From NCBI GenBank assembly GCA_030704615.1, contig CM060733.1:44392001-44456000 (forward strand): DNA of 64,000 nt, in the 5' to 3' direction. Both the position numbers and the translations under genes were made by a program. The DNA comes from Takakia lepidozioides. Taxonomy: Eukaryota; Plantae; Bryophyta. This document shows positions 1-10,481 of this stretch, piece by piece. Position 1 is the first letter of the stretch. Every line of letters begins with the position of its first letter. The notes beneath the pieces were generated by a model. The model saw only the letters and a program-made list of their open reading frames with translations, had not been told where the DNA came from and ran no database searches.

Positions 1-3000
1 ATATGTTTTGGACATGTGGAGGACCCCATGTCAAGAAAGATTGCCCAGAGAGTGGCAAAAGGGCCGGCACAAGCACAGCCTGCACAGTTGCAGTGTGGGC
101 ATTGTGGCAAGTATGGGCATGGAGATGCCCAGTGTTATGACTTGCACCCTGAGTTGCGGCAAGGCCAGTTCCAAGGGAACAATGGTGGCCGAGGGCAAGC
201 TGGAGCACCTCAGAGAGGACGAGATGGTCAGGCACGAGGTGTAAGATGAGGGCAAGCATGGTATGGCTAAGGATGTGGAGGTCAAGGCGTTGACCAAGGC
301 ATGGCCAACCGGCTTCAGCAACTAGAGCAAAGGCTTGCTGCCATGGCCACAGCTCAGGTGGTACCAGCTCCAGACCTGAGGGTCCACCTCATGTTCCTCC
401 TCATCAGCGTCATCCCTGACGGAGGAGACATGGGAGGCATGGGATTTATGTGTGGGGCAGCACTACCACTAGTGCAGGTGGAGTCTGCTGCCGTCACTCA
501 AGGAGCAGCACGATTTCCTGAGCCACGAGGTGCAGAGGTGGAGTTAGATCCATAGCGTGGGGAGGCAAGCCGTCAGGCTAGGTTGCCTTAATCATTCATC
601 TTGGGGGAGACAGTGTCGACGACATCCATGGCACCTAGTTCTCGTCCGACCGATACAGAGGCCATTATTGTGCCATTTGGAAGAGCTACACCGTGCAGCA
701 CTGACACCTGCTGCCAAGGCTAGTGCAGCCATGTGTTGTTGGGGGCAAGCCACCCTCTGTGTGTCAAGCCGCACTGTTCTCTGCAACCATGATTGCGACG
801 CCGGGGGTAAGACCAGCTGTAGTTTTCAGACTAGCAGCAACACTCTACGAGGGTGGGGATGTCACCTCATCTTCTGCGGAGTTAGTGGAGGGTGTAGTGG
901 CAGATGGATCCTCCGATTTGAGGGTCAACACTGCCACGGCTGTGCCATGGCAAGCTACACTACAGCTGCCAGGGTGACGGAGCTTGCCAGCTAGGCCAGC
1001 CTTTGAGCGCGCCATGGTGACACCTGGAGTTTCTTGTTAGACAACCAGGAGGGCATTTTCTCTTTGAGTGGAACCGGCAGGCAAAGGTACCGGCCACTGC
1101 GGGTCTTGTTGGACTCGGGAGCTCAGCCACTGATGTTTGGGCAGAGCTGCTATTGCAGGTTTGGGCCTCATGGAGGCGGATATGGAGCCTTGTCATTTCC
1201 AGATATAGACATCTCTGGGAGGATCAGAGCAGGCTCCGGGCATGACACGACGTGAGTTGGTCATTAGACTACAGCCGGATTATCCTATCGATGGCTCAGT
1301 AATGCGAGCCAAGGCCATTGTGACAGATGCAGTCTCTTATGATGTCATCGTTGGTGGGGCAATGTGTATATCCCATGGGCTTCACCCTGGATTTTTGGGA
1401 GGAGTCAACATCCTACAGGCCTGGATGGTAGTCAGGGAATGGTTGTCGTGTACAACTCCCTGTGACATTCATTGGGGGTGTTGCTGCTGCCACGAGGCGA
1501 TGCCCCCTAGCAGCCTTTACAGCTGCAGTTAGTTGGCCTCGAGAGTTGCTGGAGGGCAATGCCCATCAGAGGATGTGCCACCTCCAGCAAAGCAAGATGA
1601 CATGCATGGTACGCGGAGTTGCCTGACATGGTTGCTCACACTCCATTGTGGGGTACGAACAAGGATTTGCAGCAGGCTGCTGATAGACGGGTGCAACAAG
1701 CCTGGGTAGAGGCCTTTGTACCGTCAGGAGAGGAGGAGAGTGCGGTGATTGCACCAGGACCACCTCAGTTGTCGCCATTGGACACCACACCTCTTGTGTG
1801 GCAGTGCCCGGATGAAGACATATGTCTTTTGGACTTGTTTGGCGGGATTAGCATTGGATTGGCTGCAGTGCTGCAGGCAGGTGTACGAGTTCGACGTTAC
1901 CTATATGTGGAGAGGGATGAGACTGCACGATGCGTCTCACTGCGCCATGTTGCTCAGTTGGTGCAGCAGTACTACTCTGTTTGTTGTCAGTGTCTGCAGT
2001 TCGTGGATACAACAAGCCTTCCCAGCAGACAACTCCTTGTTGGGGACGCATGATTTGGAGCGGGTTGGCCCTATTCACTTAGTACTGGCAGGTTGGCCCT
2101 GCCAAGAGCTTTCATCAGCTGGGTATGGCAATGGGTTACAAGACTCAAGGTCACGCCTGTTTTGGGAGATGTTGAGGGTCATGCGCTATTTACAGCTTCA
2201 GCAGACAGACTCTCCGGCATATATCTTGGAGAATGTGCCATTGATGGGTGATTCTCGGGCCAAGGTGATGGCCAGTGTACATCAAGTGCGGTCTTGGCTT
2301 GGGTCAGCAGTGTTGCTGGATGCAGCTGTAGTGGGGTCACGGGCTCGTCGCCCACGACTATGGTGGACCAACTTGATGCCACCTGCATTGCTCAAGCGTG
2401 CATTTGATGGGGTGCAGCGGCCACCAAACCTGACGGTGGATAGCATTTTGGACATAGGGAGGCAGTCTCAGCGTGTGAGACATGATGACCGATCACCTTT
2501 GGCAGTGGTCAATAAGGTGGGCCCCCCACGAGCAGCATTGTCTACACTGCTCAGTTTTCCAGGATCTCATGCTTTCCGGGATGGTGGACCTGGCCTCTTA
2601 TGGGATAGCCAGTTGCAGCAGTTAGTGGAGCCCAATGCTGACGAGCACGAGCAGGCAATGGGTTTTACCACTGTGGGGCAAGCCATGGATCTCAATTGCT
2701 TTGACCTGGATTATCAGCTTAGCTATGGCTGAGCAACGCACAGTACGGAATACACTTCCCTTGAGGGTCTCCCTGCCTACCGAGACAGTATAGGCAGCGA
2801 GTGGGGGCGAACAGGTGAAGACCACGAGGTGCAGGCCGCATCCATGGCACACGTGGGAGGTGCTCGAGGTTCAGAAGGAGTTGGCAGCCAAGGCGGCGGT
2901 GATGGATGAGATTGGGGATTTTTCTCGGGTTGAGGAGGTCCTCAAGGATGGGATGATGGGGCAGGATGAGACATTGTCACTGACAGAGGAGGCAGTGGTC

Positions 3001-3176
3001 ACTGCTCAAGAGGTTGCAGCATAGCACCACGGGACGCGTCTTCTACCTCTAAGCCTGTTGGACTCAAGGTTGCAGTCACGGAGGACAACTGGGAGCCTGA
3101 TGTTTGACCTATAGTCACCGGAGGAGAAAGACGACGTATACGGCGGTTCTTGAGGGCTTACAGGAACTGCTTTGCA
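1..3176 (+). mobile_element. Degenerate Ty3/Gypsy retrotransposon fragment: gag zinc knuckle - aspartic protease - C5 DNA methyltransferase - pre-RT linker
   Basis: CX2CX4HX4C knuckle (CGHCGKYGHGDAQC, ~91-135); retropepsin motif LRVLLDSGAQPL (~1097-1135); MTase motifs at 1820-2700; ends in RRFLRAYRNCFA (~3140-3176), resembling the segment that precedes Gypsy RT. Many frameshifts and stops. The 5' end lies outside the window. Confidence 0.85.
1820..2700 (+). pseudogene. Retrotransposon-borne DNMT3-like C5 cytosine methyltransferase domain (frameshifted)
   Basis: Motif I LLDLFGGISIG and motif II YLYVERD in ORF 1619-2053. After a frameshift, ORF 1749-2732 has motif IV AGWPCQ, motif VI ILENV, motif VIII RARRPRLWWTN (cf. 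DNMT3 RARYFWGN) and motifs IX/X EHEQAMGF..VGQAMD, apparently with a short deletion between IX and X. Confidence 0.88.
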
Positions 3177-3224
3177 ATTTGAAAGTATGTCAACCTGAGA
3201 CCGGGCCCACAACCCTATATTTCT

Positions 3225-3445
3225 CATGTATTTCCATACATGTGTGACTATGCGTGAAGATGGGCATCGACTCAGGACTTAGAATTTTCTTGAAGTAGCA
3301 GCGCAAAATGCCTCAGTTGCAGAACTGCTGAAGTTCGACCCTGAGTCCTCCCCTTTTCGGAAGGAGCGATCGCACCACTGGGCTGTGTGCTACTATAATA
3401 CAAGAATCGCGAATTTAATGTTAGTTATACAGAAAAAGGGACTCT
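3225..3445 (+). repeat. ~220-bp dispersed direct repeat, second copy at ~7735-7950
   Basis: Both copies share gactatgcgtgaagatgggcatcgactcaggacttagaa...gaatttaatgttagttatac. In copy 1 a GC-rich ~140-bp block (3445-3583) separates this from the continuation cttctattacttgcc, which follows directly in copy 2. Confidence 0.8.
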
Positions 3446-4528
3446 AGACTGCGTGGGGCCTACGACATGGGCGTCATCGCGGTGATCGCGTGGATCTGAG
3501 GCGCCAGACTAGGGGGGCGCGGCTGCGGGTGGGCGGCGGGCCACGTACGCTTACCGGGCCGGGCGCATTCAACTCCTGGGCCTCTTCTATTACTTGCCGC
3601 CTTGGGTTTTATGGGTATATTACAACTATCATTATCTCAAGTTATTCACTTTCGTGGACAAAATCGAGTTTTATCTTATTATATTATTATTTTTAGTTAG
3701 CTATCTCATATTTGTTGGTTTGGTTTTAGTTGGTTTTTGAGTGGTCTTTATGATGCACTCTTGAGTGGCAAAATGCTCTCTTTTATAATATTATAGATTG
3801 ATAATTTGTGTGCAGAGGCTATCGGGAAACCACAACACCAGCCGAACCTCCTCTCTGCCTTCAGAGCAACCTGGGGGACAACATGGGATCATTTGTCGCT
3901 GCACTAATGATCTCACCTGTGTATGGACGGACAGACTCACAGACTGCTGGCAGGGACACCGTGCTAACCTCTTCGGCATCTCCTGAATACGAAAGTTCAG
4001 AGGTTAATTGGAAACACATCAGAACCTCCAAGGCCACCACTCTCCATTTCCACATATAGTCCTCATGCCGCTACTGTCCTTTCACTCTTAATGCTTTCTT
4101 CACCCTTCCCTCCCACTCTCTATGTTTGAACTCCCTTCGCTTTCTTGCTCAGTTCTCCTGCAGGGCCATACTTTTGGCAGTTCGTTTGTAGGGTCCAATG
4201 TACACAGTACTCTATCTCACAGCCTGGGGGTTTCGCCTCAGTCATAAGTCACAGTAGGCTGGCTAGTTCAAAATTGCAATTAGCAGAAGGCAGATGCATT
4301 AGCTAATGCAGATAGCAATGAAGTTCTACCAAGAGCTTGCATGACTTGATTCGATCAAACAAGAGGAACTCGGTTCTTCTGGTATCAAACACGACCCCGT
4401 GTGTTACGCCTTATGGCAGCCTTCGGGCACCCAAGGGTTTTAATTTTTTTTCCCTTCCAATAATTATTAATAAAGCTCTATAGGGCTTCCTCCCCTTTCT
4501 CTCAAAAAAAATAAAAAATAAAAAAAGC

Positions 4529-4558
<30 letters not shown>
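4529..4558. repeat. (ATT)n microsatellite after an A-rich tail
   Basis: About 10 ATT units directly after aaaaaaaataaaaaataaaaaaag, possibly a retroposon tail. Confidence 0.85.
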
Positions 4559-4559
<1 letters not shown>

Positions 4560-5487
4560 TGGTATGTTGAGGATTTTAATTTGTTTCCTTTCAGTAATTC
4601 TAAGTAAGTTTCCACTTAGTTATTTTTTCTAAGAATGTCCAATTTATCATAAAAATTATGTTATCATATAAATTATAAAAATATTGTAACTATATTTGAA
4701 GTTCAAACCAGTGTTGTGCGAGTAGTGCATTTTTAAAGAACCCGCTGATTTCGGGTTCGGAATTGTTTGGGGGACCAAGTCCGGGTAGGTACCGGATTTT
4801 AATTAAATGATTAAGTAAATTATAAACAGGATATTAATTAGAAATGAAATTATTTCTGGCTTAAAAAACACCAAGTCCTACCAAGTGCCACACTTTATTT
4901 TAACAATTTTACGTATGTATATATTTGTATATTAAGCAATGTAGTTTGTTTGTTTTTGTTTTTGTTTTGTTTTGTTTGTCTTGACATTTTAAGAGAGAAG
5001 ACAATGATAATGACACGTACGACCAAGTAAGTTCAAAAAATGACTCTACTCACAAAACAAAACTTCAAATCACTTTTAGCTTGTGTTGTTGGTGATCAGT
5101 TTAATACACTATGTGTCTACATCTATCAATCCTAGTTGTGCGATTAAGTAATAGTTATATGGAAGACGTCTCATATCAAAGTGCGAGTTGAAGTTTAATA
5201 TGGGTCATGGTTTTGACAAGGCCATACCTTGTTTAATTACCCAATAAAAAGTACTTGAGCTAATTCATGACTAACCAGCTCGGACTTTGGACAACAATCA
5301 AACATCTTTAAACGTCTACAAAGTACTTGATATTCAATGGGAGTCCAAAACAAACCACCAAATTATTTTTAGCTCGTACTGTTGGTGAGTTTAATAACCG
5401 CGCGTGTGTAAACGTATATATCAATCTTGTTTGTCAAGTTAAGTGGTAATATGCAAGATGTCAGATTCTCAGCAGTGAAGGAGCTCG

Positions 5488-6975
5488 GTCGTGCATGCTC
5501 AACTCGAGAGAGATGAGCCGCACGACTGACGCTCTCGTGAAGATAAAATGGTTCAGGTGTCAAGCTAAACTTGACACCTGACTTAACACTTGAACTAAAT
5601 CCAAGTGTTAAATACAAATAACTAGCTTTTTTCTAGTTAGTTTCACACTGTGTTTATTTAACTTGACAGCTGTCGTGCGCATACGTATTGCTACACAACT
5701 ATATCGCTGTCTAAACTACACCACACATATATGGACAATAAAGTAGTCTGCCACAATCGCCCCCCTAGCTGGTGGATAGGTCCCTCTAACTCCAGATAGC
5801 TACAAGATGTAATAGCCATAGCCGTACTAAGTCCTCTATCACTGTCCCTATTGTACTCAAACTCTATAGACCAAGAGGCCAGGTACAAGAGTAGCCCCAT
5901 CGTTAGTCGCCGTCTTGCAATCTGTGAACTTGAGCCAGGATCTCGTGTGTTCAAGGTCTCCTAGTAGCTTGGCCTTGCATTTCTTGTTAGTCTTCCATGG
6001 TTGTATCCACTCCCACTATCCAATGCAATGCGGACATAACCAATCCCCATCAGGAACCATCTCAAGAGGTGGAGTCAAACATCCCATATGCTAACCTCTA
6101 GAGCATCGATCACACACCAGCATGGTGGTTGCCCCTCTAGCAAACCCACACAACATGCACCTCAAACTTGTAGGTACCACTGCCAGGTTTGGGTCAATAA
6201 TAGTTTGCCAACCCCATGAAAGCTCAAACTCGGCTCACATCCGTGGGGCGTGGAATCTGTGCAATGGCCTCTACCTTAGTCTGTTGTATCCCCAATCCTC
6301 TAGGACATATCATGTGACCCAGATACTCAATCTGGTTGTGGAAAAACTTACACTTCCCCGGATGTAACTTTAATCCGTGCGCCCTCAAGCGCTCAAATAC
6401 CACCTGAAGGTGTTTCTCATGCTCCTCCACCGTAACACTAAAGATGATGATGTCATCTATGTAGCACCGAGCAAACTCCACCCCTGCTAGAATCCTGTCC
6501 ATGACTCTCTGAAACTCTGCAGGAGCGTTCTTAAGCCCAAATGATAAGAACCGCCACTGGTATAAGCAATCCTTCCCGTGCTCATTGATCCCCCAGAATG
6601 CCGTCTTTTGCTTATCTGCCTCCTTGATCGGCAACTGGTGATATCCGGATCGTAAATCCAAAGTGTTAAAGACCTTGGCATGCCCAATGACATCAAAGAT
6701 CTCATCTGGTGTTGGCATGGCATACCTATCGGACTTGGTCTGACGATTTATAGGCCGGTAATCACCGCACATACGTCTCTCCGTCCATTGCCATAGACAT
6801 CCTTCTTGGCCGGCATCACTGTGGCTGAAGCATACACTCCCCCAAATAGCTCCACCAAACCAGCCTCCCAAAGGTCTTGAGTTCTCATCTGAATCAAGGA
6901 CCTCTTCATGTCACTGTATCTATAGGGTCTCCGAAAGATTGGCGTGTCAGTAGCCAATTCAATGCGATGTATTAT
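5488..6975 (-). mobile_element. Internally deleted Ty3/Gypsy copy: RT - (deletion) - PHD finger - PPT - partial terminal repeat; same family as 35123-42117
   Basis: RT motifs HRIELATDTPIFRRPYR, RMCGDYRPIN, LDLRSGYHQ, FGLKNAP and YIDDII (6975-6224); PHD remnant CMLCG..LVCDRC..HMGCLTPPL..GDWLCPHC (~6025-6170); PPT ctaggggggcg (5768-5758); terminal-repeat remnant with GACAGCTGTC at 5665-5674. Confidence 0.88.
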
Positions 6976-8353
6976 GCAAATACATGAGAAATATATGGAC
7001 ATGCATGTTCCCGATAAGCTCTCAATCTTTGTAATTTTGCTACTTCAAAAAAATTGTAAGTCCCTGCGAAAGTAGTTACATGGTGACTATACTTGGATGA
7101 CCATCTTCGAAAATAGTCATACAAGAGAAAATGTATGGTCAGGCATGAATACATGAGCACAAGTCTTGAATGGTATATATTATAATTATGTATGACAAGT
7201 ATATCATACTTCAAACCATGTATTTCCATGCAGTATCAATACTTTATCTCTATGCATAAAAATCATGAACTCACGGGTTCAATTTACAATGGATGAGATG
7301 GTGACTATGAATCTTCATATCTATACTAATATCATTCTTTTTATTTTCAATCGTTGCAAAGTCATGCATGATTTGAATGGGTTCATATAACAATGAATGA
7401 GATGATGAGTATGAATCTTAATATCTCTACTAATAGAATTATTTTATTCTTATTACTTGAAAAATAAAATTGCATGTGTCATACATGACATCTGGTATTA
7501 TTTTCATGCACAGTCACACATAAGAAATCAGTTGCATTGTCATACATACATACAGACATACGATGTGAAGTGTGTCCATGCAAGACTTCTGTCTGAAGAC
7601 AACTGATGTATTTCCATGCATGACCATTTATTTCTCATGTACGACTATGCAAGATGAGCATTTGAACTTGGAACTTTTTTGAAGTTGCAAAATCAAACAA
7701 AAACTCTAGTATTATTTGACACATGCATGACCATGTATTTCTCATGTATGACTATGCGTGAAGATGGGCATCGACTCAGGACTTAGAACTTTTTTGAAGT
7801 AGCAGCGCAATAAGCCTCAGTTGCAGAACTGTTCATGTTCGACCCTGAGACTTCCAGCGTTCAGGAGCGAGAGATCGCACCACTGGACTGCGTGCTGCTA
7901 CGTTGCTGATACCCTGAATTTAATGTTAGTTATACAAGAAAAGGAATCTTCTATTACTTGCCAATGAAGTTTCGTCAAATTTTCAAAAATCTAAGAATGT
8001 GCTCACATTAATTCATACATATGGACTTATAATTTTGTATGTCTGTTGGTTTGGAGTATGGATCAAAATTAAGTTCGGCAGTGGCATCTAGTTCTGCAAC
8101 GATCCACACATTCCACTACTTATGCGTGGTTTGCCAAGCCCGAGCCTACTTATAACTAAAATCTAGATCCGAAGCCACCTTGTTGTTGCCAAACCTCTAA
8201 AATTTGCCAATACTGTAGGTTTTCATGTCTGACTCTAAAGAATTTTGGCCACTCACCCGCTCAGCAAAAGTTCCCCTTTTGATGTGAGCACATCCCAGTC
8301 GATAGTGTCTTCATGGTAGACTCTAAGAAAATAGCAATATCCCCTTACAAACG

Positions 8354-9205
8354 CTACCTAACCAAACCCCCACATGTACCTGCCTCCCCCGAACATGTCA
8401 ACTTCAGAGGTTTGATTTCATTGTTCGAACGATTGGGGGTTTCTAATTTGCCGGGCTTGAAAATGGCCTCGAGAAGTTGTCGTGTGCTGCCAGGGTCACC
8501 ACGTCTGATGCGAGCACAGACTTCATTGATGTGTTTCTGGCGTCTGTAGAGGCAGAAGGTCCACAAGAAACAAAACACTGTCCCCAGACTCGCAATCCCA
8601 GCGAAAATCACCCCCCAAGCTAACTGTCTGAAGGAAGGTCCCGCAACCATGTACGCTGCGGCTAGAAAAGCGATGAGGGTGAAGATGGAAGCCGCCCAAA
8701 TGACCAGCATGTTTGTCTGCCACAGCTGTATTGAAGTGCTCCTTCTGCCGGGTACCCAGCTGACAAAAGACAATACCGCAGCAAGGGACATGAAGAGCCC
8801 CATAGCGTCAAAGATGTAGTAAATTTGGAAGGCGATGGTGTGCACGAGAACAGCTGCCCCCACCTCATCACCGCTCGATTGCAAACCACCAGGGGGTGCT
8901 ATGAGACCCGCAAATGTGACAGTCGCGATCAGAGCTGCCACCACCACCACTGTGGTGGATGCTGAGTTTAAACCCTGCTGGAACACTGCATCCTCCTCTA
9001 CCTGATCCATCCGAGCTTTGGTTTCCTTCTCTACGCCATGAATCCGAGCTTTTGCTTCATCGGCACCCTCCTCTACGTGATCAATCCGATGTTCGGCTAT
9101 GTCCAAACGCACTTCAACACCACTCATCTCCGTCTTGACCGCTTCCACTCCTGAATCATCTCTTAACCCCGATGAGGGTCGCTCGAGAGCTCCATTTCCC
9201 ACCAT
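8354..9205 (-). CDS. Stand-alone PGG-domain multi-pass membrane protein (paralog 1)
   Basis: VVVAALIATVTFAGLIAPPGG signature plus four hydrophobic segments; intronless ORF; likely ATG at 9205 (MVGNGALE); no ankyrin repeats seen. Confidence 0.8.
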   Translation of the reverse strand: MVGNGALERPSSGLRDDSGVEAVKTEMSGVEVRLDIAEHRIDHVEEGADEAKARIHGVEKETKARMDQVEEDAVFQQGLNSASTTVVVVAALIATVTFAGLIAPPGGLQSSGDEVGAAVLVHTIAFQIYYIFDAMGLFMSLAAVLSFVSWVPGRRSTSIQLWQTNMLVIWAASIFTLIAFLAAAYMVAGPSFRQLAWGVIFAGIASLGTVFCFLWTFCLYRRQKHINEVCARIRRGDPGSTRQLLEAIFKPGKLETPNRSNNEIKPLKLTCSGEAGTCGGLVR

Positions 9206-10481
9206 CGTTACACTGTGTTCCGAAACGAAGGTGAGAATCGGACAGAAAATCTGCCACTGCACTTCAGACTAGGCTCCCCCCTCGAGAGACGGTTAGCAGC
9301 AATCATGTGCAGCAGGGAGGCTGCACGAAGCCCTGGAAACACGATCATGAGGCGACCAGTCGCCATGAAATGCAACCAAGACCATTCTGGATGAAGCCTG
9401 CATTGAGCGCGGTGGCCCTGCCTTCACGGCCCCGTAGTACGAAACTGAGGAGTTACAAGTGGAGATGCATACCCCCGTCTTCAGCGTCCTTACGAAGGAA
9501 TATTGGCAGGGGGAAGGACAGACGCTCAAGGAGCATTGCAAGCACCCCAAAAAGTGATTGCGATCGCGAGGAGCTTTGTGTACGCCTGCCGCTCATCTGC
9601 GAGTGTAGTACAAGCCTAAAAGTCTCCTTTCAGCTCATCGATACCTGTGTATGATGGTATCAACACCAGCCTCATGTAATCCAGCTTTGCATTCTCCGCA
9701 GTGCAGCCCACCTTTAAAAGGTTGTCCTCGTGCGTCCAGTTCCCACTCCCTCGAGACCATCTCAGTGTGAAAAAGCTTTAAGAGCTTTGGGCCTTTCCCA
9801 CGTGAAATTGTTCTCGCTGTGATTAAGTTTCCCTCTTCCTCCTCCTGTGAGCGATCAGCTCCGTGCAGCAGTAGAAAAGTTGCTGATATTGCCCGTAACT
9901 GCACCTAAGATTTGCTGAGCTATGCTTCATCGGAGGTTTTGTCTTCATGGGACCCACCTCCTCCGACAGAAACATTGCAATTGGACACAATCGGCATCTC
10001 CCTAAAGTATACTATGAGAGAAGCATTAGATACTCAATAACAAATGGACAGATAAAAAGCCAACCTTGCTGATGTCCTTCGTGAGACGTCCAGATTGCGG
10101 TGGTTCACACTTTGACAACTTTTCGATTGGTCAGTCTTCCTGTGTAGACGCTGTTTGGATGGTGCACAGTGAAGTGGATCGCCAATGTGCCAGCCGAGCT
10201 TCCCCAGGGAACTTGGCATATCATTTAGAAGTGGTTTACACACAAATTGGAAGCACAGGTCGGGGTGGCATGAAAACATCCGATCATACACTTCGAGCTT
10301 TGTGGGCTTCAGACCTACTTCTTCCTTGGGTGCGATCATCAGAGACACCAGCAACATGTTTTATTACGTGAGTCGAAACTTTGTCCAATAGTAACTTGCG
10401 CAGTCTTCGGCAGGAGGTATCTTCCCTCGTTTTTTTGTCTACCAGGGCTCCTCCCTCATCTCGATAAAGCAATGTCCACTT

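Noticed and set aside
1820-2700. Bacterial restriction-modification MTase or contamination, or a host DRM/DNMT3 gene
   Set aside because: The domain is embedded colinearly in a retroelement pol, is intronless and decayed like its flanks, and the surrounding DNA is plant genomic.
3790-4530. Additional LINE 3' remnant (similar tails at ~47040-47085 and ~54515-54560)
   Set aside because: Only A-rich tails are visible; no protein motif or TSD could be supported.
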